Part shown: one piece after another, positions 12,952-25,520 of the stretch
Layout of the letters: the number at the start of each line of letters is the position of its first letter
Numbering within the stretch: position 1 is the stretch's first letter
Assembly (NCBI RefSeq): GCF_964194025.1
Contig: NC_134472.1
Span: 51,336,001 to 51,400,000, forward strand
Origin: Convolutriloba macropyga
Taxonomy: Eukaryota
Direction of reading: 5' to 3'
Length of the DNA stretch: 64,000 bases
Translations under genes and position numbers: made by a program
The notes under the pieces: generated by a model
What the model was told of the DNA's origin: nothing
The model's database searches: none
What the model saw: only the letters and a program-made list of their open reading frames with translations

Positions 12952-13277
12952 GTCCCGCTAAGCAGTCAGCAAAAGGAGTCACAAAAGATGCACGCCGCAA
13001 TATGAAACATGAGCTGTACAAAAGAACTCTCTTGGGGGGTGAGGTGGTGCGTTTGCTCAACACCCGAATAGCATCCAGCAACCACAGGCTTCACACGATT
13101 GTTGTCAACAAGAAGTCGCTGTCAGGCTACGATGACAAACGTTTCATCTTGAGTGACCAAGTTTCAACGCTGCCCTATGGTCACAGTGCAATAAGAGAAG
13201 ACATGTTTTTCCGGGCAATAGTGAAGGAACCTGATTGGGGCCTGGATGATTTTAGCGAAAGCGAGCAAGAAAGCGGG

Positions 13278-13511
13278 CAGCAGGCCCAGGATAGCTCGCT
13301 GCAGGCCCAGGATAGGTCGCTGCAGGCCCAGGATAGCTCGCAGCAGGCCCGAGGTAGCTCGCAGCAGGCCCAGGATAGCTCGCAGCAGGACCAGGATAGC
13401 TCGCAGCAGGCCCAGGATAGCTCGCAGCAGGCCCAGGATAGCTCGCAGCAGGACCAGCATAGCTCGCAGCAGGCCCAGGATAGCTCGCAGCAGGCCCAGG
13501 ATAGCTCGCAA
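13278..13511 (+). repeat. Coding 21-bp minisatellite, 11 units encoding QQAQDSS
   Basis: Unit CAGCAGGCCCAGGATAGCTCG; explains the several overlapping repetitive ORFs on both strands. Confidence 0.97.
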
Positions 13512-15189
13512 CCGGTAAAAAATAAAAACCAGCAGAAAAACAAGCACCAAACACAACAGTCAGCAAACATTCCACAAACTAATAGCATTCTAAACACAAG
13601 TTTCAACTCAATTCCCAACCCAGGTCTTCACCAGCGAATTTATAGCGAGGATGAATTGAATGAAAATTTGGTAGATTTTGACAATTTGTCAGAGTTGTCG
13701 GACAGTGGTTCTTCTACGGACGCAGCTTGCGATGGTTTTATTCAAAGTCAAGCGATAGAAGATTCAGATAGCAGCCCCCAACCTCCAATCACAATTGACG
13801 AACAACCGCCAGCCAACCTCCCAATAACAATTGAACAACAAAATCTGCAAGATCAACCACCTACCAAAAAGAGAAGACGAGCAAGAATCATAGAAAGTAA
13901 TAGCGAAGAGGACTGAAGAACCAAAACAAAACTAAAAACTCTTGTCTCATCCTGTGTTTTTACCTATATTGTCCAAAAAACACTGGCAGTCGGGCTTATA
14001 TGGCCCAATTGACTTTTTCAAAAGTGAAATTTGTACCGTCCCCCCTTTTTGGGCTAGAAATTTCTTGTGTATAGTGCGAGTTTTTGATGGTGCACGCGTG
14101 AAGTGTGAGAAAGTGAAAGGTGTAGTCCAACGTACCAGGAGGGGTTGAACTGCCACAGCGTGTGACAGAGTACAGTTCTTCCTGCACATATCAGACTGTA
14201 TCAAAATTCGTTTTTGCAACAAAACTTGTGTCGGAGTCAACTTATTAAGTCAGCTTTTCCGCTGCCACACATGCAGGGTTTCTCTTATTCATTTTAAACC
14301 CAATAAATTTCAGTAGAACCGGATTTTTTGAAATATAGCTCCTACCCATATATCCGGTCTACTAAAAAAGATTTTTTTTACTCAATTGTTGCCCAGGGTG
14401 ATGTGTAGTTGTCCGTTGATACCCTCTTGGACAACGCGATCTTGAATATCAAAAATTCGTGGATTCCTACACTTTCCACAGTGGCAAAAATGGAGGTCGA
14501 TTACACTTCTGTTGAGACAGAAAACCACTTTTCTCAGGTTTCTGATTGGATCTAAAAATTTTTATCACGTTCGTCAAATGATTTTAGGAACTTCATAAGT
14601 CGTCCAATTTCATTCATCATTGTTCTCCGTTTCAGTATTTAATCTGTATTAGGAATTTTTTTTAATGATTAGGAGTTTTTGGAAGAACGTCTTTTTTCCA
14701 AAAAGAACAAGAAACTTGCTGTTGACCTTTTGAGAATTTCTCAAATTGCAAAAAAAAGTAGTTTTCATATATATTAAGCAAAAAATTGTTATAACCTACT
14801 TGGTTTGCTACTTGATTCTACCATTAGTTCCTGTTTATCGTTCATTCAATCTGACTGAAACAGCCTTAGTATCATAACAAAAAGAAAAGATCGGTGAGCT
14901 CAACTTATTTTTTTAGACAACAATTCTAAAATCACTTTGACAAATTTTAAAAATCTGCACAACAAATACAATCAAATTATAGCCCCCCCCCAAAAAAAAA
15001 ATATTTACAATGATGGGGGGCTTTGCAAAAAATTGTTATCTGACCACTAAGCTGGGGGGGGGGGCTATAAAGAAAAACCCAAATTTTTCAGAAGTTTTCT
15101 CGTTTGTACCCCGTCCCAATGGGGAAATTAAAAATATTCAGAACTAAAACTCACACTTACGTAATAAGAACGTTGATCTCCTCTTGTAT

Positions 15190-15287
15190 TCTGCTGGATG
15201 TAGCAGAATATCAAAACATCAGTTGATTGACCCGCAGTTGAGAGTTCTGCTGGATGTAGTAGAATATGAAAACACCAGTTGATTGAA
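15190..15287 (+). repeat. Two-copy direct repeat, 56-bp period
   Basis: TTCTGCTGGATGTAGYAGAATATSAAAACAYCAGTTGATTGA occurs twice. Confidence 0.85.
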
Positions 15288-16198
15288 CATCACAGTTTGA
15301 GAATTTTTCAGAAAAAAGTCGGCAATTATTTTTCATGAATCCTGCTTTGATGAAAAAATATTTATACTATAATTCGTTTTTAAAAATATTAGCTGACTAT
15401 TTGTTGAATTATTTGGTTTATAGGTTTAAGTTGAATTTTTAGTTTCAGATAGTAAAAGTCTCCCGAAACAATTCTTTATCTGTTCACAAGAAAAAAAATC
15501 ACAAGAGAGACTTTCACTGTTGAGCAAAACACAAAATTAAAAATAAATTGCCAACTTTTTATGTGAATGTTCAAGCAGGCTGATTGTAAAAAGAGCTGAA
15601 TATATAGGAAGCAATAACTAGCAAGCTGAATGTATAGGAAGCAAAATAACTGGCAAGCTGGGTTGGAAATAGTCAAATTTACAAATGATAGCTATCTTGA
15701 AATATTCAATCTGGGATTTCTTATTTGCAACAGCAGGACTTCAGTTTTTTAACCAAAACATCGTAAAATTATCACAGCTTTGATCCCCCTTACCCCCTCT
15801 TTCATCTGCCGAAAATTAAGTTGTTTGAAGTAGGGGGGTTTCCAGAAAAATTGAGATAAATCCAGCAATTCTAATGTAATATTAAGTAAAAGTTAGGCTT
15901 GGGGAAGCTTTAATATACGTATGCTTTTATAGCTCAGACAGTATAGCGTGGTAATCCCCATAAGTCTTTTGTTTAGCACCGAGAAAGCAAAGAGTAATGG
16001 CGTCACTTTGTCTAGCACGACTGAGTAATATGGCGGGAAAGTTAGCAAAAGTTGCAAAGAGTTTGAACTAGTTTATAGCACCGATGAATGAATTAGCCGA
16101 ATAAAGCACCAAAGATTTGAATAAAATCAAAAATTAGGGGGGATGCCAGGGGGCGTTGTAAACTTACAAAAAAATTTGCGTTGCAGAAAATGTCCCAA

Positions 16199-16273
16199 AA
16201 GTGTCCCCCCTAGGGGGGGACACTTCATGCATTCCAATCTTAATACATAGTGTCCCCCCCTTTGAGACCCCTG
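16199..16273. mobile_element. Probable right end of a hAT/Charlie-like element with subterminal palindrome
   Basis: AAGTGTCCCCCC-TA-GGGGGGGACACTT palindrome (16199-16225), a third AGTGTCCCCCCC copy, then TTTGAGACCCCTG (reverse complement CAGGGGTCTCAAA, a hAT-like terminus); partner end not found. Confidence 0.45.
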
Positions 16274-16325
16274 TCAGTTTTTTATACTACTTCCAACAAC
16301 CACAACGCAAATTCTCACGAGATAA

Positions 16326-16539
16326 NNNNNNNNNNNNNNNNNNNNNNNNNNNNNNNNNNNNNNNNNNNNNNNNNNNNNNNNNNNNNNNNNNNNNNNNNNN
16401 NNNNNNNNNNNNNNNNNNNNNNNNNNNNNNNNNNNNNNNNNNNNNNNNNNNNNNNNNNNNNNNNNNNNNNNNNNNNNNNNNNNNNNNNNNNNNNNNNNNN
16501 NNNNNNNNNNNNNNNNNNNNNNNNNNNNNNNNNNNNNNN
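16326..16539. other. Assembly gap
   Basis: Run of N. Confidence 1.
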
Positions 16540-16674
16540 TTGTTCTCTCCAAAATCATTTTATATATAATTATTATCTGTTTAAAAGAATATCAATTAAT
16601 TAAAAGAATATTAAACAATTAAAAGTCTGATCAACTTATAAAAAAGAACTCGAACGGTAAATAGATCTAAGCGT

Positions 16675-17630
16675 AGTTTTACGCTAGATAGATCTACTTT
16701 TATGTGAAGTGCAGTTTTTTGAAGCTGTACATAAGAACACGCTTCTTTCTTTTGAGAAAACTAAAAATGATTTAGAACTACACAATATTAAATAAAATCT
16801 GTTTGATTTTTTTGTAGGGCAACGAGCTACAGATTTCTATGTATTCCAAGCAACTAAAAATACGGATAGTCATTACTAAATATTTCGAGTGAAGAAGCTA
16901 AAAATGCGATTTTTCACCAGGCTCCCAACTCAAATCTTTATTACTTAATGAACCAAAACGTTTTTAAAAGCAGTGAGAAGGAACCGGAAACTCTGTTGGC
17001 GTTGACTCCACAACCCAGCAAGACAATCAATAAACCATTTGAACAGAGCTTTAAGCCAATGCCTATCAGTTTTTTAAGCCTACTCCGGACCTCTGCTGGG
17101 TTAATCCAGCTCGCCAAGTCTTTTAAGGTAAGGCCAATTTACCCCTTAGAGACTTCACTATTCATCCGCTGGAAAGAGCACGGGTCACTATCACTCTGAG
17201 GAACCAGTCGTCTTAGTGGTGCCTACTATCGTCGCTGTAGCCATCTCTCTGTTGTTGTTGTTCTTCGCTCAATCTCAAATTAACGTACTTTTTAAAGGGT
17301 GTATCGTTAAATAAATCAAATGCCAGCCAATAAGATTATATCTAAAAAAAGAAATTAGTTTTATGGTAGACAAATCTACATTTATGTGAAGTGCAGTTAC
17401 TTAAGCTGTACATAAGAACGCGCTTCTCTTGTGAGAAAACTAAAAATAACTTAGAACTACACAATAATAAGTAACACCTGGTTTAATTTCCTGTAGAGCA
17501 ACTGGCTAAAAACTTCCCATGTGTTCCAAGCAAGTAATGGTACGGACTATACTTACCAGTATAAGGCTGGTATCAACAAAAAAGTAAGACTCAAAACAAG
17601 AAAGAGTGGAAATTTAGAAAGAGTAGAAAT
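16675..17630 (+). repeat. Partial plus full copy of the 8907-9650 repeat
   Basis: Direct sequence similarity to 9395-9570 and 8907-9650. Confidence 0.9.
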
Positions 17631-17809
17631 NNNNNNNNNNNNNNNNNNNNNNNNNNNNNNNNNNNNNNNNNNNNNNNNNNNNNNNNNNNNNNNNNNNNNN
17701 NNNNNNNNNNNNNNNNNNNNNNNNNNNNNNNNNNNNNNNNNNNNNNNNNNNNNNNNNNNNNNNNNNNNNNNNNNNNNNNNNNNNNNNNNNNNNNNNNNNN
17801 NNNNNNNNN
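17631..17809. other. Assembly gap
   Basis: Run of N. Confidence 1.
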
Positions 17810-18205
17810 GTCTGATCAGAGGTCACTTCCAGATGTGCCTTCAACCTCGGAATGATCACCTGGCCGGGAAAGAGGATCAAGCCTTAGGAATAAACGCTAT
17901 TAAAAGAAGTGAAGTTAAAACAGCTTTGCAGTGGGAGATATTAGATGAGCGTGGATATCGATCTATAATTAGTTGACACTTGCTTAGCTGAACTCTAAAA
18001 CCAAAATTTCGGTCGGATCAGTGGTCATTTCCGTCTGGAAATGTCTGATCAGAGAGTTCTGAGCGCACTTCGATCGCTCGCGGTTTTTCGAGCGCACTTT
18101 ATTCTGATCAGAGAATACTTTGGTCTGGGATGTTCTGATCAGAGGTTACTTTCGTCTGGCACGGTCTGATCAGAGATCACTTCCGGATGGCACCTCAACC
18201 TGGTC
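17810..18205. repeat. 31-bp-period minisatellite with palindromic TCTGATCAGA core
   Basis: Cores at 17811, 18013 (variant), 18044, 18103, 18134, 18165. Confidence 0.85.
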
Positions 18206-18689
18206 AGCAATCAAGCCGCGCGTGAAAACCACACCCGAAAAAGTTACTCTGAAATGTCAGTTTGAACCAAAAATTTTCGAGCTATGCATTCATACGTTTA
18301 AAAACAAATTAGTAGAAACAAAAATTTAAAAAGTATTGAAACTTGATTGTTTTTTTTCTACAGCAGAATTAAAGAGAAATATTATTTTAAAATTCATTTT
18401 CCACTTGACATGAGAGTTTCATCAGACCTTAACAATTTGTGATGAAAGGGAAAATTTACGCATAAATTTTAAGTATATTGTTTGCTGAGAAAATGAATTT
18501 TCAATTCAATTTTCCTGAACAGTTGACTCTATTAGTTTGTTTCATGAATCATACCTCCATATGATTTCATTGAGACCGCTTTTTACATTTGGTTTAGGTC
18601 TTCAAAAAAATGACAAGTACAGACGGAGGACAAAAAAGCATTATCATCATTACCTAAGTCAAAATCATTACCTATTCGGTAAAAAATAG

Positions 18690-21600
18690 GATATAATCAA
18701 TTGCCCATTCTTGAACACCAATAATGTGATATGTAACCTGTGAATGATGATATTACTTGATATTGAAACTCTTTCTATCAGGAAATCGAAGCGACCTGTC
18801 ATTGCCAACTTTAAGCTGCAAACTGATAAAAAAGACAAATAAAGACAGAAAAAAACTCAATAGAACTTTGTGAGGAAACAGCTCCGAACCGACAAACACC
18901 ATTATCTATTCGATAAAAATTAAAATAAAATGAAAAATTTTTTTGAACGCCAAAAATATTTGTGACTTCTGAATCCTAATAAAGATACTAGCTAACATCT
19001 AGACAGAAAAAGGAACAAAAAGCAAAGTTAAAAAAACATTTTTTTCTAAAACAATTATATTGCAATTGATAAAAAATAGCTGTCAACTGATTTCGTTAAA
19101 AGCAATCAGTTAGTGATCCAAAAAACTATTGAGAACTTTCATTAATCAGAATATCATGTAGGTCTACAAAAAGAATGATAACAACACAAACAATAATCGA
19201 AAAAAATGAAATAATAATTTTCAAGAAATAAATGTTGAAGCCGTTAAATCAAACAGCAATGCGCTAAAATTATAGATATATTCGTTTTTGCTATTTTTTA
19301 ACATGTGATATGCAACCTGTAATTAGGGAAACTAGGTAACAAGCAGAAAAAAAGAGTATCAAGGATCAAATCTAAAAGAATACGCCTCATTTTAGTTTAA
19401 ACATTTGATTTCAAAGTCAAGGAAAAAATTGGGTTTTATCTGAAATCAGTAAAAAAAAGTTTTTCTGTTCATGCATAGAAAGCTGCCAAGAACTGAAGTT
19501 AACCAGAAGTTTTCGTACAAATAAGGAAAATACGAAAAATAAAGGCAAAAAAAATCTATTTAATTCTGCTAGGAGACGGCGTGGAAGCCATTAAAACCAT
19601 AATCCAATCACTAAATTACATGATATGTTCAATTGAGCCTTCTTAGGCCACAATAAATTGACATTAAAATAATGTGACCGGACAGAGAAGAACCTCAAAG
19701 ATGGGCAAATATTCAACATTCTTTTGAAAATTCGTCATATGAAAGCCAAAGATTGAAAACGCAAGTACTTAAAACCTAAAGACGACAATAGACAATAAAT
19801 TATAATCTACTTGATGTTCAATGCGACCTGTCTTTTCTCACTTTAAGCTGAAAAATGTCAGAAAAAAACAGAGTGAACAAAACTCAATTAAACATTGCCG
19901 GTCTATGCGGTAAAAACCATTATCTAAGCGGTAAAAAACGATCGAATGAAGTACCCATTTTGAACACCCATATTGTGATATGCAACCTCTGAACAAAGAT
20001 ACTAGCTAGCAGCTAGACAGAAAAATCAACAAAAGTTTTCAAAAAATGAAAAACAATTAATTTTCAATTATCAAAGAAAATAGCTGTCGACTGAAACCAT
20101 TAATATAATGATTTATTGCTCCAAAAAAAACTAATGAGAAATTTCATTGTTCAGATATGTCATAGGTCTACAGTAAGAACGACAACAATTTCAAACAATA
20201 ATTAAAAATTGAAAAAAATTTGCAAAAAAAAATAATCGTCGAAGACGTTAAACCAATGAGCCTTGAACTAAAACATTAGACAAGTTCAATTTTGCTGTTG
20301 ATTAACATCAATCATGTAACATGCAACGTGTAATTAATGACAACAGGTAACAAGCAAACGAAAAGCAGCGCATGAAATAATACCTCTTTATTTTTTTTGA
20401 AAATATTTGATTTCAAAGTCATGGAAAAACTTAGTTATTTTCAGAATACAGTCGGAAAAACTTCTTTATTTATGCAGAGGAAGCTGCTAAGACCTGCAGT
20501 TAACCGGAAGTTTTAGTACGAACACAGAAAATACGACAAACAAAGGCAAAACAAAAAAGTCCATTTAAATCTACTAAAAGACGATGTTGAAGCCGTTAAA
20601 ACCATAATACATTCACTGAAAAATCGATATGTTAATTTATTTTTTCTTTTAAAATCTATATTGTGTCTTCTGACCTTACAGTAATAATAATGTGACAGGA
20701 CAAAAAAGCACCTTGAAGAGGGAAAAAAATCAAAATTTTTTTGACAACTCGTAAAATTAAAGCCGAAAACTGAAAACGTCATTACATAAAACGCAAAAAT
20801 GGCAATAGACATTAATTGTTTTCTTTCTTTTCATTTAATAAAGTGAATTACACTAAAAATTCAACAAAAAAGAAATCCAAAAATTGGTTTTTAATGTTTA
20901 AATTAAGCACAAGTGCTTTTGCCATGAACTCTATCACATAAATCCTAATTTTACCAAATTAACCTTAATAAAACATCAATAAAACAGCAGGCAAAAAATT
21001 GAAAAGCGGATAAAATATGCAGATTTCAAAAACATTGGAAAAATTTGCTATCAGCTGGAATTATTAAATATGTCCATTTATAACTCCATAGGAAGCCATT
21101 GAGACCTTTCGTTGTCCGGAGTATGTCTAACGACAATCAATAAAAACAAAAAGTACTGTTAACAATTAAGTATTTGAGACCTCTAAGTATTCAGAATTCT
21201 GTATAGGTTGTCAAAATCAAACGGCAAACACAGATGGAGAACAAAATTCAATTGAACTTTGCCAAAATCCGGTATAGACTCTCTAAACAATTATCCACTC
21301 GGTGAAGATCAAGATATAATAAGAAGACCAATTTAACCTCTGAATGATGTCATTAGAGAATACCTAGACAGAAAGAGCAACAATGAGGGCAAAAAATTTT
21401 TTTAAAAAACTTTTTTTTCAAAAACAATTAATTTCGAATTCATAAATTATAGTTGTCGACTGAAACCATTAAATAAAATCATTTATTCTTCCAAAGCACG
21501 CCATTGAAAACTTTCATGATTAAGATTTTTTCGTTTGAGAACTTTCATTAATCAGTATATGATGTAGGTCTACAAAACGAACGACAACAAATACAGACAA

Positions 21601-24600
21601 AATTGTAAATTGAAACAATCTTTCCGCGAAAGACAAGTGTCGAAACCGTTAAATTAGTAGGCAATGCACTAAACTTTTACATATGTTCAATTCTATTTTT
21701 GTTGATATCCACAATGTGATAGGGAAACTTTAACTACTAGGGATCAAACTTGGTACAAGCAGAAAAAAGAACAACAAAGATCAAATTTAGAAAAATACCT
21801 TTTTATTAAAACATTTGATTTCAAAGTCTTGAACAGTTACCTGAATTTAGCTTAAAAAATCTCTTTGTTCGTGCAAAGGAAGGTGCTACGACTTGCATCT
21901 AACCAACACTTTTCATACGAATACAGGCAAACAAATACAAAACAAAGAAGTCCATTTAATTATGTTAAGAGACGGTGTGGAAGCCGATAAAATCATAATC
22001 CAATGACTGAAGAACTTGATATGTTCAAATGCAACTTCTTTTTAAGACTCAAAAATGTGGTATCTGACCTTACAATAATGTGACTGGGCGAAAAAGACCT
22101 CAAAGATGGGCAAAACTTCAAAAGTTTTATGAAAAACTTGTAATATTAAAAAAAAACTGAAAATGCCTTACTTGAAACCCTACAATGGCAATATTCATTC
22201 ATATGTTCAATTGATCCTTCTTTTTAAACCTCAATAATTTGGTATCTGACCTTCCAATAATGTGAGAGGACAAAATGACCACAAAGATGGGCAACATTTC
22301 AAAGTTTTCATTAAAACTGGAGATATTAAAACCAAAAACTGAAAGCTCCATTACTTGAAACGCAACAAAGGATATAGACATTCAATTTAAATCTATTAGA
22401 AAGTCAATGCTGCCTTTAAGCTGAAAGTTGTCGAAAAAAAAGAAAAATTTGCAAATCTCAAAAATGCATTTTTTATACTGAAAACAAATAGTTTTAAACA
22501 TTAGAAAGATGATAAGATGTTGACTTGATGGACTAGATAGGTTTCGTGAAACTCTCTAGGAAACCAATTGAATTAATCACTAAAATACCTCGATTTCAAT
22601 ATTGTTCTCTATTTCACATTAAAAAAGCAAAAAGAACCAGATAAAACCTCGTTAACTTGGTCGAAAAAACGAATTTCAACATAAGTATTTTTAGTTCTCT
22701 GTTCTACGCTGGACGCATTTTCTAACGATGTCACTCACAACTCTCTTCGATTAATATATCGGTTGACCAGAATTGACTAAACAAAAAAACCCATTTGATT
22801 ATATAATTCGTCTCCACTAAAGCGACTCGGTACAACTCCTTTACTGGAGGGCACTCTCTTCGACAAATTTTACTGGCACGCAAAAGCCAGATCACCGAAA
22901 GCAAAAGCTTTGTAAGATAGAAATTAGATAGATTAGTAATTGACAGTAGATGTTCGATACAAAAAAGAACGATTAAATAAAAAATTGTTTTGCTATTTTA
23001 ATTGAGCTTCAAAACTGATTTTTGAAAAGACCTATTAACTCTGAGGGGTTAAAAAAAATACTTACATTGTAGAGGATCCAGATAAATTTCCTCATAAGTC
23101 GATTCAAAGTCTTTTTTCTATACGAAAATAAACTAAGGAAAAAAGTTAAAAAACAGGAATTTCAGAGCTCTAAAATATTAATTAGGCACAAGTGTTTCTG
23201 CCATAAAATGTTAACACATAAAAATTGATTTCACCAAAATAACTTCAACAAAACTTCAATAAAACAGTAAGCAAAAAATAAGAAGGGCAAACTTGAAAAT
23301 TACGCACGATCTCAAAATCATCGGAACAATTGGCTATCAGCTGGAATTATTAAACACGTCTAGTTCTAACTCCATAGGATACCATTGGGGTCGTTCGTTA
23401 TCCAGAGTATGTGTTATGACTAAAAAAACAAAAAGTACTGCCAACAATTAAATATTCGAGACCTGTCATTGTCCAGAATTCGTTTTTGGTTTTTCAGAAA
23501 CAAACGACAAATACAGATGGAGAAAAAAGAAATTCAATTGAACTTTGCGAGAAATCTGTACGAACGGGTCGAGACCATTATATATTCGGTCAAAAACACG
23601 ATACAATCATATGCCCAATTTAACTTCTGAATAACGATAATAACTAACACCTCGACAGAAAGAGCAACAAAAAAGGCAAAATTAAAAAAAAATCAATAAC
23701 AATTAATTTCCGATGCATAAACAGTAGCTGTCAACTAAAACCATTAAATACAATCATTTATTGCTCAAAAGCACACGTTGAAAAATTTCAGTAATTAGAA
23801 TATGTCATTTGAGATTTTTCAAAAATCAGAATATGTCGTATGTCTACAAAATGAACGACAACATATTGAAAAATGAACGACAACGAATTGAAAAAAAATT
23901 CCGCGATAGACAAGTGTCAAAGCCGTTAAATTTGTAAGCAATGCACTAAACATTACATATGTTAAATATGCTTTTGATAAAATTCACAGTGTGATTAATT
24001 CACAGTAATTAATTGATAATCAAACTTGAAACAAGAAAAAAAAGAGCAGCGATCAAAATGAAAAAAATACCTCTTTTTCATTAGAACATTAGCCTTCAGA
24101 GTAAAGAAAAACTATCTGAAGTTAGCTTAAAATTTTTTCTCCATGCATAGAAAGGTGCTATGACCTACATCTAACCAGGACTTTACATGCGAATACATAA
24201 AATACGACAAACGAAACAAAACAAAAAACTCTATTCAATTCTGCTAAGAAACGGTGCGGAAGCCGTAAAAACCATAATCCAATCACAAAAATACTTGATA
24301 TATTCAATTGTTTCTTTTTTTTAAATCTCAATAATATGGTATATGACCCTTCATTAAAATGAGAGAACAAAAAGAACCTCAAAGATTAGCAATTATTTTA
24401 AAAACTGTTTATAAAAACTGGTAATATTAATCCGAAAACTGAAAACGACATTAATTGAAACGTAAAATCCGCAGTGGACATTGATATTTAGCTATTAGAA
24501 AAATCAATGCAACCTATCATTGCTGACTTTAAGCTGCAAGTTGTCAAAAAAGAGAAAAAAGTACAAATCTCAAAAAATAATTGTTTGTATTGCAAACAAA

Positions 24601-25520
24601 GAGTTTTTTAATACCAGAAAGTGTTGACTTAATGAACTAGATGTGTTTCGTGGAACTCCAAAAGAAGCCATTTAGAACAATCACTAAAATAAAATGATTT
24701 AAATTTATGTGTACTGTGTTTCATACCAAAAGTAAGAAGAGCGAGAAAAAACTTCGTTAACTGCGTCAAAAAACGAGCTTGAAAAAGATCTGTTTTATTC
24801 CATATTCTAATGGACGCGCTTTCTAATGATACCACCCACAAATCTCTTTGATTTTTATATCGATTGGCCACCATTGAATGAACAAAAGGAACCATTTGAG
24901 TAAATAGTTCGTCCCCACTAAAGTGGCTCGGTACATTTCCTTTACGGGACGGCATTCTCTTAGACAAATTTTACTGGCTTGCGAAAGCTGGATCACCGAA
25001 AACAAAAACTTTTTCTATGACAGAAATTAGATAAGTTCCCCATTGATTGACAGTAAATGTTTGATACAAAAAACGATTAAAAAGAGGTGTTTTGTTTTTA
25101 ATTAAGCTTCAAAATGATTATTGAATTTTTTTTAAAATTGATTTTCAAAAGACCTATAAACTTTGGGGGGGGGGGAGAGGATTTTACTTACATTGTAGAG
25201 GATCCAGCTAAATTTTTTTTATAAATCCAGCCAAATTCTTTTCATAAACAAAAATGAGATAAACTAAAAAGTTAACAAACAAGAAATTCAGAACTTAGCT
25301 TTAAAAAATCAATTAAACAGAAATGTTTTTGCCAAAAAATGTTTACACATAAAATTTAATTTTATCAAATTAACTTCAATAAAACTTCAATAAAACAGTA
25401 GACAAAAAAAGAAGAAGGGCAAAACTTGATAAATACGCAGCCAATTAGGCCTTTCGTTATACAGGGTATGTCTTACGACCCATAAAAAAAACTAAAAGTG
25501 CTGTAAAAAATTAAATGTTT
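18690..25520 (+). repeat. Diverged AT-rich tandem macro-repeat array (units about 1.0, 1.4 and 2.3 kb)
   Basis: Anchor TAGYTGTCRACTRA at ~19077, 20081, 21450, 23725; block 20860-23110 repeats at 23130-25240 and starts again at 25250. Confidence 0.85.

Larger units (their letters stand above)
9771..13916 (+). pseudogene. polB: Polinton/Maverick (adintovirus-like) protein-primed family B DNA polymerase, 5'-truncated, two nonsense codons, one probable intron
   Basis: ORFs 9771, 10803, 11061 and 12921 are all in one frame. Motifs: GGW...P...SS..LP...NIRN..DEKCF N-terminal block, C2H2/C-like finger CRNC...HEQIC, ExoI FFDLES, endonuclease VII-like CWIC...DHCHFTG.FLG.AH..CN, ExoII HNLANYD, ExoIII YLKTDV, Pol motifs DANNL(N)G, KLMVNSSFGK, YSDTDS, KPKLY...AKGV, LSGYDDKR...TLPYGH. 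Stops at 10752-10754 and 11046-11048. Confidence 0.92.

Noticed and set aside
13164-13618. Four overlapping repetitive ORFs (LLRAILG, CCELSWA, RPRIARS, AASYPGP)
   Set aside because: Alternative frames of the stop-free 21-bp minisatellite; only the frame continuous with polB is supported.
14385-14780. Coding-like fragments (LSVDTLLDNAILNIKNSW..., EFLEERLFSKKNKKLAVDLLRI) downstream of polB
   Set aside because: Short, interrupted and with no recognisable motif; cannot be assembled into a gene model.
16201-17976. ORFs spanning N runs (also 34239-34776)
   Set aside because: Artefacts of assembly gaps.
18380-18430. Minus-strand CTGATGA...GAAA hammerhead candidate
   Set aside because: Only a 3-bp stem II and no convincing stems I/III.
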